Assembly: GCA_965203355.1 (NCBI GenBank) | Contig: OZ241889.1 | Location: 3,648,001 to 3,712,000, forward strand | Direction of reading: 5' to 3' | From: Candidatus Latescibacterota bacterium | GTDB lineage: Bacteria > Latescibacterota > UBA2968 > UBA8231 | DNA length: 64,000 nt | Part shown: positions 9,722-17,477 of the stretch, in pieces | Numbering within the stretch: position 1 is the first letter of the stretch | Layout of the letters: each line of letters starts with the position of its first letter | Translations under genes and position numbers: made by a program | The notes under the pieces: generated by a model | What the model was told of the DNA's origin: nothing | What the model saw: only the letters and a program-made list of their open reading frames with translations | Database searches by the model: none

Positions 9722-11062
9722 TTACGCGCGAATAAAGGCGAGAACCTCGTCCCGCTTTTCGGCCATGCGGTCCGCCGAGCGGGCCTCTAGGTTGAGTCGC
9801 AACAGCGGCTCGGTATTGGAGGGCCGCACGTTGAAGTGCCAGTCGTCGTAGCAGACCGAAATCCCATCGAGGCGCAGGATGCGACCGTCTTGGTAGCGGT
9901 CGGCTAAGGCGGCAATTTTGGCGGCCGGGTCCGCGACCTCGGAGTTGATTTCAGAGGACGTGAAGTACTGGCGCTCTAGTGGCGCTAGCAGCTCGGAGAG
10001 CTGGACCCCGCGCTGCGACAGCAATTCTAGCATCACCAGCGACGGCACAATGCCGGAATCCGCGCCAAAGAAGTCGCGGAAGTAGTAGTGACCGCTCAGT
10101 TCGCCAGCGAAAACAGCGCCTTCCTCAAACATCCTCGGCTTGAGAAACGAATGGCCGACGCGCTCGATCAGCGGGGTGCCGCCAGCGGCTTTTACGAGGT
10201 CGGGCACGGCCCACGAGCAGCGCACGTCGTACACGATTTTGGCCCCGGGGTCGCGCTCCAACATGTAGCAGGCCATCAGCGCGGTCGCAAAATCGCCGGG
10301 CACAAAGCGGCCCCGATCGTCAATGATGAAGAAGCGGTCGCCATCGCCGTCAAAGGCAAACCCGACGTCGGCCCCTTCGGCCAGGACGCGGCGCTCTAAA
10401 TCGGCGCGGTTTTGCGGCTGCATGGGATCGAGGCCGTGGTTGGGCAGGCGACCATCCGGCTTTAGGTACATGCCGACAAACTCAATGGGCAACCGCTCGT
10501 ACACCGCTTGCAAGATCGGCCCGACCATGCCATTGCCCGTATCGGCTACTACCTTGAGCGGCTTGATGCGGGCCGGGTCCACGAGGCTCAACACCTTGTC
10601 GATGAAGCCCGAGGTCACGTCCTCAACTCGAACCGCGCCCGGCCTGCGCCCCTCGCCCCAGCTTTCCGCAGTCACGAGGCGGCGCAGATCTTGGATCCCG
10701 GATTCGCCGCTGAGCAGGTAGGGCATTTGGCGCACCATCTTGAAGCCGCAGTATTCGGGCGGGTTGTGCGAAGCCGTCACCATCGCGCCCGGCCGGTCCA
10801 AGGTGGCACAGGCATAGTAGTACTGATCGGTACTGACCATGCCGATGTCGATGACGTCCGCGCCTTGATCGACGAGGCCGCGCACGAGGTGCTCTTTTAT
10901 GGCCGGACTCGAAAGGCGCATGTCGCGCCCGACGACGACCTCCTCGCACTTTAGCAAAGCCACCAAGGCGCGGCCTATGGCGTAGGCCACCTCTTGGCTC
11001 AGAGGGTCGGGATAGATGCCGCGGATATCGTACGCTTTGAAGATGGAAGGATCGACCTGCAT
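9722..11062 (-). CDS. manB: Phosphomannomutase/phosphoglucomutase
   Basis: FKAYDIRG, TASHNP, FDGDGDR, GELSGH, RPSNTEP. Confidence 0.93.
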   Translation of the reverse strand: MQVDPSIFKAYDIRGIYPDPLSQEVAYAIGRALVALLKCEEVVVGRDMRLSSPAIKEHLVRGLVDQGADVIDIGMVSTDQYYYACATLDRPGAMVTASHNPPEYCGFKMVRQMPYLLSGESGIQDLRRLVTAESWGEGRRPGAVRVEDVTSGFIDKVLSLVDPARIKPLKVVADTGNGMVGPILQAVYERLPIEFVGMYLKPDGRLPNHGLDPMQPQNRADLERRVLAEGADVGFAFDGDGDRFFIIDDRGRFVPGDFATALMACYMLERDPGAKIVYDVRCSWAVPDLVKAAGGTPLIERVGHSFLKPRMFEEGAVFAGELSGHYYFRDFFGADSGIVPSLVMLELLSQRGVQLSELLAPLERQYFTSSEINSEVADPAAKIAALADRYQDGRILRLDGISVCYDDWHFNVRPSNTEPLLRLNLEARSADRMAEKRDEVLAFIRA

Positions 11063-11064
11063 AC

Positions 11065-12135
11065 TCAGACAAAGTGGCGCAGCGTAATGTCGAGCGCACG
11101 CACATCGCCCGCCGCCGATTGGTGCTGCACTAGAATCGGGCTTTGGTACGCGCCCTGCAGGATAGGGTCCGCCCCGGTGTTGGCACTGTCTGAGACCAGC
11201 AGCCGGATGTGGCGCTTGAGGCGCAAGATGCGCTGGGCGGGCGTTGACAACACCGAAAAGATGCGGTTGATGACGGACCGACCCACCGGCACTTGGTCGA
11301 GTAATTCGTTGTAGAAGCGGAGGGAATCGTACGCCGCGTACGCGTGCATCTTGCCGGGGATGGAGGCCGGAGACCGCAAGAGCCGCTTGCCGCGCTGGAA
11401 CACGTAGCGCAGCGGATCGCTGAGGGCTTGGGGTAAGTCGTTGCGCATCAATAGGGTCTCGTACTCATTGACGGTCATGCCGACGTGCTTTTCCTCTGGC
11501 GCGAGGCGGATGTCAATGCAGCCTTTGTCAATGCCGCATTGACGCAGCCACTCGGCGAGCGTCGCAAAGAGGCCGTAGCGCGGGTCCTTGAGGTTGAAAG
11601 CATCAATCGCATGGCTACCACTCACCGGAATCTCCACCCGCCCGCGATGGACGATTTCGGCGCGATTGTAGGCCATGATCGCAGTATGCCGACGGCGCAC
11701 GTAATCCTTGTAGATGCCATCTAGCTCAATGAAGTACACCGGCTCCTCGGGGCGGTGGATATAGGTCACGCAGTTTTTGAGACCGGCGGCGATAAAGGTC
11801 AGGTGCGAGTCGGCGTTGACCGGCTCCTTTTCCTTTTCGCCCGCGCTCAGCTCGTCGCGTAGCTGCATGCGGTCGTGGAAATAGCCGGCGTTGTAGGGAA
11901 ATATCTTTTGGATGGCGCGGATGAAAGGGTCGATCTGCTTGCGGCTGTGGCCCAAGCGCCTACTCATGCCCTGCTCTAGATAGCCGGCCGTGGTGTGCAA
12001 CGAACAGTACGCGGCCTTGCGAAAGGCACCCAACTCGTCGCCGACTTGCTGGCGAATCAACTCGGAGGCGTTGATAAGGGCAAAGCGTCGCGGGGGGCGG
12101 ATGGTTAGGTTGATTTCTACGGGTTGCCGAGCCAT
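11065..12135 (-). CDS. Hypothetical protein with two YjbQ/UPF0047-like halves
   Basis: HTTAG..NADSHL in first half; HVGMTVNEYE..NDL and GAYQSPIL in second; ATG 12135 with AGGA RBS. Confidence 0.6.
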   Translation of the reverse strand: MARQPVEINLTIRPPRRFALINASELIRQQVGDELGAFRKAAYCSLHTTAGYLEQGMSRRLGHSRKQIDPFIRAIQKIFPYNAGYFHDRMQLRDELSAGEKEKEPVNADSHLTFIAAGLKNCVTYIHRPEEPVYFIELDGIYKDYVRRRHTAIMAYNRAEIVHRGRVEIPVSGSHAIDAFNLKDPRYGLFATLAEWLRQCGIDKGCIDIRLAPEEKHVGMTVNEYETLLMRNDLPQALSDPLRYVFQRGKRLLRSPASIPGKMHAYAAYDSLRFYNELLDQVPVGRSVINRIFSVLSTPAQRILRLKRHIRLLVSDSANTGADPILQGAYQSPILVQHQSAAGDVRALDITLRHFV

Positions 12136-12250
12136 AAAACAAATCCTGAGTCGCGTTTGTATCGAGTGCCGACACGCACTATCTTGCCGATGCCTAAAAA
12201 TACCCTCTAGTAAATGCGTACGCAACCAAAGACGTTCCTTATTAATTCCC

Positions 12251-12748
12251 ATGAAAACCTTGCTCATCATGCGCCACGCCAAATCGGCTTATCCGCCCGG
12301 GCTAAGCGACGATTTCGACCGCCCGCTCAACAAGCGCGGCCGTGCGGATTTGCCGCGCATCGCCCACCTGCTCGCAGCGTACGGCCCGCGTCCCGATCTC
12401 GTGCTGACCTCGACCGCCCGCCGGGCGCGGCAGACAGCCACCGGCCTGGCCGAATCCCTCGGCCTGCCGGCGAGTGCCTTGCGCTTGGACGACGCGCTCT
12501 ACCTCGCCTCCCCCAGCGCGTTGACCCAAGCGGCAACCGACCTGCCAGACCGCGTCCAGACCAGCCTCATCGTCGCCCACAATCCAGGGCTGGAGGCGTG
12601 GATCGGTGCGCTGACCGGGGCGCACATCGCCCTGCCCACTGGCGGCTTAGCCGCCGTCGAATTGGGCATCCACACTTGGGCAGCAATAAGTCGCGGACGC
12701 TTGCTCTACTTCGCCGGGCCGCGGCTGATAAAAGCCCTAACTAAATGA
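12251..12748 (+). CDS. sixA: SixA-type phosphohistidine phosphatase
   Basis: LLIMRHAKS, DFDRPLNKRG, STARRARQTA, VAHNPGL. Confidence 0.85.
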   Translation: MKTLLIMRHAKSAYPPGLSDDFDRPLNKRGRADLPRIAHLLAAYGPRPDLVLTSTARRARQTATGLAESLGLPASALRLDDALYLASPSALTQAATDLPDRVQTSLIVAHNPGLEAWIGALTGAHIALPTGGLAAVELGIHTWAAISRGRLLYFAGPRLIKALTK

Positions 12749-12814
12749 CAATGACAGTTGACGAATGTCGCGGGGATGGCTTATTTTTCAACAACTCACC
12801 CGGAGACAACGCGC

Positions 12815-13288
12815 ATGAACCTGTTGGACATTCTGTCGCCCGAATCCATCCTAGTTGACCTCAAAGGAGAATCCAAAGAGGAAATCATCACCGAATTGGT
12901 CAACTCGCTTCCAGCCGGCGACGCGATCACCGACCGCGCCCAAGCATTGCAAGCCGTAATTGAACGCGAAAAAATCATGAGCACGGGTATTGGCGACGGC
13001 ATCGCCATCCCCCACGGCAAGTCGGCCGCGGTGACCGAATTGGTCGCCGCTATGGGCACCCAGCGGCGGGGCATGGATTTCGACGCCCTCGACGGCGAGC
13101 CAGCCTATGTGTTCTTCCTGCTGGTTTCTCCGACCAACATCTCCGGCCCCCACATCAAGGCACTGGCGCGGATTTCGCGCTTGCTCAAAAACGAAGCATT
13201 CAAGAAAAAGCTCATCGACGCAAATTCAGCCGAGGAAATCATCGCCACCATCCAAGCGGCCGAGCGCGATATTCCTGCTGCGAACTAG
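12815..13288 (+). CDS. PTS EIIA component (fructose/nitrogen-regulatory type, PtsN-like)
   Basis: EREKIMSTGIGDGIAIPHG, DFDALDGEP, HIKALARISRLL. Confidence 0.9.
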   Translation: MNLLDILSPESILVDLKGESKEEIITELVNSLPAGDAITDRAQALQAVIEREKIMSTGIGDGIAIPHGKSAAVTELVAAMGTQRRGMDFDALDGEPAYVFFLLVSPTNISGPHIKALARISRLLKNEAFKKKLIDANSAEEIIATIQAAERDIPAAN

Positions 13289-13306
13289 TGCCGCCCCTTC
13301 CCCATC

Positions 13307-15376
13307 TTGCAGTTTCTCAATCCCGCGGTCCTTTTCGGCCTAGCCGCCGCCGCCCTACCGCTAGCCATCCACCTGCTGCATCGAGGGCGTGCCCAGCCCC
13401 ATCCTTTCAGCGATTTCGCCTTTCTGCGCCAGTTACAGCAAAGCCGCATGAGGCGGCTGCAACTGCGCCAGTGGCTGGTTCTCTTGCTGCGCACGCTCAT
13501 CATCGCGCTCATCGTCTGCGCCTTTGCGCGCCCGACGTATCGGGCTGGCAGCGGATGGGGCGGCGGTGATCGCCCGGTGGCCGTTCACGCGCTCTTGGAC
13601 CTGTCGTATAGCACTCGCTACCAGCGGCCTGCGGGCTCTTCTTTCGATCAACTCCAGCGTCAGCTCGGCGACCTGTTGGCCGTTTTACCCCCGCGCGATC
13701 AAGTGGTCGTGCAGCCTTTTGCCCAACGGCCCCGCGCCCCTTTTGCCGGCGACCGCGACTACTTAGCCGAGCGTCTGGCCGAGCTCGCGCCAACGCAAGA
13801 GGCGACCGACTTGCGCCCGGCCTTGCACGCAGCCGCTCAACGCTTCGACCAAGAATCCGCACTCGCAGCGCACGAGCTTTTCCTCTTTACCGATTTGGCC
13901 CAATACAACTGGGATCAACTCGGCGACTCGGTCCCGTCCTTTGCCGATGTGCGCGTCTATGTCGCTGGCCCGCACACCCAGCCGCGGCCAAACGCCTACG
14001 TCGAGCGCGTCGCAGCGCCGAGTTGGATGCTCGCGGCCAACGCCAAAGCCACCTTGCAAACCACCATTGCCCACAGTGGCGCGGGCACAACACTCGACCT
14101 GTTTGTCGATGGACAGCGCGTGCGCCGCCATAGCGTGGATCCGCAGGCACCGGGCACGACCCAACTAGCACTCAGCTTTTCGCCGCGCCGCCCCGGGCGG
14201 CTGAGTGGGCACGTTGCGCTCGCCGACGATGCGCTCGCGCTCGACAACCGCCGCTATTTCACGCTCGACCTACCCACCTCCATCACCGTGCTGCTATTAA
14301 GCGAACAGCCCGAAGGCGCGTACTATGTGCGCCGGGCACTCGGGGCGGCGGCGCGCTCCGATCCGGTCGTAAAAATCCGCACCGATCTTTTTGTCAACCT
14401 CGACGCCCCCACCCTCGCTGGCGTAGATGTGCTCGTGCTCTGCAATCTCGCCCGGCTGAGCGCGGCGCAAAAGGCGACCTTGGACGAGTTCGTCGCCCAG
14501 GGTGGGGGCGTGGTTCTCTTTCCCGCGCCGCACAGCGACCTCGGCTACTACAACCGAGACCTCTTGCCCGGCCTGACGGCGGGACGCTTCAAAAACCGGA
14601 TCGGCGCACCCGGCAACGCAGCCCACTATCAAGTCTTAGACGCGGACGAGCCGCACCACCCGCTTTTCAACGATCTCCTCGCCAGCGACGGCGATCAACC
14701 GCACTTCTACGCCTATTTCGCCCTAGTTCCCGCGCCCGACCTTTGGCCTTTGGTCCGCTTCGGCGATGGGCAACGCGCCTTGGTGCTATCTTGGCAGGAG
14801 CAAGGGCGCGTCGCGCTTGCGGCCTTCCCCATTGACCCGCAGTGGAACGACTTGCACCAACGCGGGCTATTCGCCCCCCTCCTGCACCGCTTGATGCGCG
14901 AGTTGAGCCTGCCGCCGGATCGCCACGCAACCTATTTGGTGGGAGAAACCGTTTATCGCCGCTTGGCCGATGTGCCCATGGCAGCGGTCGTAGAGGCCGA
15001 GACGCCGTCGGGCGAGCGCCTGCGCTTAGAGCCGGAGCCTATCGGCGGCCAATACCTGTGGAAAATTCCCCAAGTCAGCGAGGTTGGCATTTGGCGACTA
15101 CGCGCTGCGGGCGCCGAGGTTGATGCGTTCGCCGTCAACTTCGACGCCCGCGAATCCGCGCTAGCACCCGTCGCACCCGAGTACATACAGCGCATTTTCC
15201 CGGACGCCGAAGTCCATTTCCTCAACCCAAGCGACGACCCGCGCCACGCGGTCTTGGGCAACCGCCATGGCCGCGAGCTGTGGCGCGCATTCCTGCTTTT
15301 GGCCGTTGGCCTCCTCCTCGCCGAACAGTGGATCGCCCGGGCGCCGCGCGACGTTGTGGTGCGCCAAGCGGCATAG
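13307..15376 (+). CDS. BatA N-terminal domain / vWA-like membrane protein
   Basis: FLNP..LFGL...LPLAIHL..R; LLLRTL..ARP; DLSYS; C-terminal ELWR..EQWI. Confidence 0.8.
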   Translation: MQFLNPAVLFGLAAAALPLAIHLLHRGRAQPHPFSDFAFLRQLQQSRMRRLQLRQWLVLLLRTLIIALIVCAFARPTYRAGSGWGGGDRPVAVHALLDLSYSTRYQRPAGSSFDQLQRQLGDLLAVLPPRDQVVVQPFAQRPRAPFAGDRDYLAERLAELAPTQEATDLRPALHAAAQRFDQESALAAHELFLFTDLAQYNWDQLGDSVPSFADVRVYVAGPHTQPRPNAYVERVAAPSWMLAANAKATLQTTIAHSGAGTTLDLFVDGQRVRRHSVDPQAPGTTQLALSFSPRRPGRLSGHVALADDALALDNRRYFTLDLPTSITVLLLSEQPEGAYYVRRALGAAARSDPVVKIRTDLFVNLDAPTLAGVDVLVLCNLARLSAAQKATLDEFVAQGGGVVLFPAPHSDLGYYNRDLLPGLTAGRFKNRIGAPGNAAHYQVLDADEPHHPLFNDLLASDGDQPHFYAYFALVPAPDLWPLVRFGDGQRALVLSWQEQGRVALAAFPIDPQWNDLHQRGLFAPLLHRLMRELSLPPDRHATYLVGETVYRRLADVPMAAVVEAETPSGERLRLEPEPIGGQYLWKIPQVSEVGIWRLRAAGAEVDAFAVNFDARESALAPVAPEYIQRIFPDAEVHFLNPSDDPRHAVLGNRHGRELWRAFLLLAVGLLLAEQWIARAPRDVVVRQAA

Positions 15377-15388
15377 ACAAGGAGACAC

Positions 15389-15865
15389 GTGGAAAAAGTG
15401 AAAAACTATTTTGCTCGAGAACTAGTAGATACTATAGGAGCATTGTTATCTTTTTCGTGCGCGATCCACTGCGTGGCCATGCCGCTTTTAGTGACCATAC
15501 TGCCGTTAGTGGGGCTGGGGTTCCTCGCCAGTGAACGCGCGGAACTAATCATTATTGGCGCAATCGCGCTCGCATTAGGCCGCGTCGTTTGGGGCATTAG
15601 GCACCACAGGAGTTGGCGCGCATTTCTCATCCTCGTCGTGGCCGTAGCGTTCATCGCCACCGCCCACATTACGGCGGAAGGAATCTTTGAAGTAATCCTG
15701 CACGCAGCCGGCGGCGGCCTACTGGCGGCCGCCCATCTCCTAAATCGACACCTGTGTGCGATATGTCCCGCCTGTGAGCGCGAACACCCGGGTGATGATC
15801 ATTTCCCAAAATCCACCTCGCCTCATCCGCCCGCCGCTAGCGCGCGAAAAAATTCAAACGTATAA
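15389..15865 (+). CDS. MerC-domain membrane protein
   Basis: D.IG..LSFSCAIHCVAMP; AHLLN..C. Confidence 0.8.
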   Translation: MEKVKNYFARELVDTIGALLSFSCAIHCVAMPLLVTILPLVGLGFLASERAELIIIGAIALALGRVVWGIRHHRSWRAFLILVVAVAFIATAHITAEGIFEVILHAAGGGLLAAAHLLNRHLCAICPACEREHPGDDHFPKSTSPHPPAASARKNSNV

Positions 15866-16140
15866 ATGCCGTGGTCGTGCCCGTCGGCCCATTCAATGCG
15901 AATGCCGTAGCGCCCAACGTAGCTAATCCCTCGCACCTCGGCTGTGGCCGACGCGGCCTCGGGCGGCAAGAGCGTCAATCCGCCCGCATTCGCGTCGCGC
16001 AATTCCCGACAGTGAGCGCACGGACACGCGCGCCGCAAGCCCGCCAAATCGCAGCGGCTCTCGCGACCATTGCTCCACGCAATGATCAACTCGCCGGCCC
16101 GGTCATCCACGGCAATGTCCCGCGGCTTTGCCTTGTTCAA
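15823..16140 (-). CDS. DUF971 / gamma-butyrobetaine hydroxylase N-terminal-like protein
   Basis: LRRACPCAHC, VGRYGIRIEWADGHDHGIY. Confidence 0.88.
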   Translation of the reverse strand: MNKAKPRDIAVDDRAGELIIAWSNGRESRCDLAGLRRACPCAHCRELRDANAGGLTLLPPEAASATAEVRGISYVGRYGIRIEWADGHDHGIYTFEFFRALAAGG

Positions 16141-17456
16141 CGCGGCGCTCCCACCACCTTAGCACTCAGCTCGTAGGGCGCGGCCGCGGTGATCTCCACT
16201 TCGACGAAAGAACCCACCGGAGGCATGCCTTCCGAGATTACCACCTGGCCGTCGATTTCCGGGGCGTCGCGCTCCATCCGCCCATGGCACACTTCCCCTA
16301 CGTGTGCATCGATCAAGACCTGCTGCCGCGTGCCGACGAGCGCGTCGTTTTTCTCCGTGCCCACGCGCTCCTGTAGTTGCGTCAGGCGGCTGTAGCGCTC
16401 CTGCTTGATTTCTTCGCCGACCGCGTCCCCGAGCGCACACGCCGCCGTCCCATCTTCCGGTGAGTAGAGAAAGCCGGTCGCATAGTCAAAGCGCGTCTCC
16501 GCGACAAACGCGAGTAGCTCCTCAAAATCGTCCTCGGTTTCTCCGGGAAAGCCAACGATGAACGTCGAGCGCAGCCCAACCCCCGGCAACCGCGCCCGCA
16601 GCCATGCCAGCAAATCGAGCGTCTTTTGGCGCGTCGTCGCCCGCTTCATGCGCTTGAGCACCGGGTCGGCGATGTGTTGCAGCGGCATGTCGATGTACCG
16701 GCACATCTTGTCGCACGTGGCGTAGAAGTCGATCAGTTCCTCGGTCCAAAACGCCGGATACGTGTACATCAAGCGCATCCACTCAATGCCCTCGACCGCG
16801 GCGAGTGCCTGCAAAAGGCGCACGAGCTGGGGCCGGCCGTAGAGATCGGCTCCGTAGCGCACCGAGTCCTGCGAAACCAACACCAACTCCCGCACCCCCT
16901 CGGCCGCGAGCCGCTCGGCCTCGGCCACAAGCTGTTCGATGGGCTCGCTCGCGTGTCGCCCGCGAATGGCCGGGATGGCGCAAAAGGCGCATTGGTGATC
17001 GCAGCCGTCCGATATGCGTAGATACGCCCAGTGCTTGGGCGTCAGCGAAGTCCGCGGCAAGCCAGCCCAGTACTGGGGCCGCTGGACGCCCAACACATCG
17101 TCGACGTGGCGGACGATGGCGGCTTCGTCGGCGATCGTCAGCAGCTTGTCGGCTTCCACCAACTCCTGCGCCAACTCTTCGTAGTAGCGCGTCGCTAGAC
17201 ACCCGGTGACAATCAACCCCTCGCACGGCCCTTCTTGCTTGAGCCGATGCGCGTCCATAATCGCGGCCAGGGATTCTTCTTTGGCTGACTCGATAAAGCC
17301 GCAGGTATTGACCACCACCACGTCCGCTTCTTCTGGCACGTCCGTTAGCTGATAGGCGTGGCCCTGCAAAAGCCCCAGCATCCGCTCGGAATCGACCGTG
17401 TTTTTCGGACACCCCAAGCTGACTAGGTGTACTTTGTGGGGCTGGTTTTCGCTCAT
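16137..17456 (-). CDS. rimO: Ribosomal protein S12 methylthiotransferase
   Basis: SLGCPKNTVDSE, NTCGFIESAKEES, radical SAM CDHQCAFC, DAPEIDG, TRAM tail. Confidence 0.95.
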   Translation of the reverse strand: MSENQPHKVHLVSLGCPKNTVDSERMLGLLQGHAYQLTDVPEEADVVVVNTCGFIESAKEESLAAIMDAHRLKQEGPCEGLIVTGCLATRYYEELAQELVEADKLLTIADEAAIVRHVDDVLGVQRPQYWAGLPRTSLTPKHWAYLRISDGCDHQCAFCAIPAIRGRHASEPIEQLVAEAERLAAEGVRELVLVSQDSVRYGADLYGRPQLVRLLQALAAVEGIEWMRLMYTYPAFWTEELIDFYATCDKMCRYIDMPLQHIADPVLKRMKRATTRQKTLDLLAWLRARLPGVGLRSTFIVGFPGETEDDFEELLAFVAETRFDYATGFLYSPEDGTAACALGDAVGEEIKQERYSRLTQLQERVGTEKNDALVGTRQQVLIDAHVGEVCHGRMERDAPEIDGQVVISEGMPPVGSFVEVEITAAAPYELSAKVVGAPR

Positions 17457-17477
17457 TTGGATGCGGTGTGTGAACGG

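Noticed and set aside
11990-12282. Long N-terminal extensions in the ORF track (also 25282, 41081, 49902, 51467)
   Set aside because: They overlap neighbouring genes; downstream starts with RBS or family-typical N-termini fit better.
15389-15865. Mercury resistance locus
   Set aside because: Lone MerC-domain gene with no merR/merA/merP nearby.
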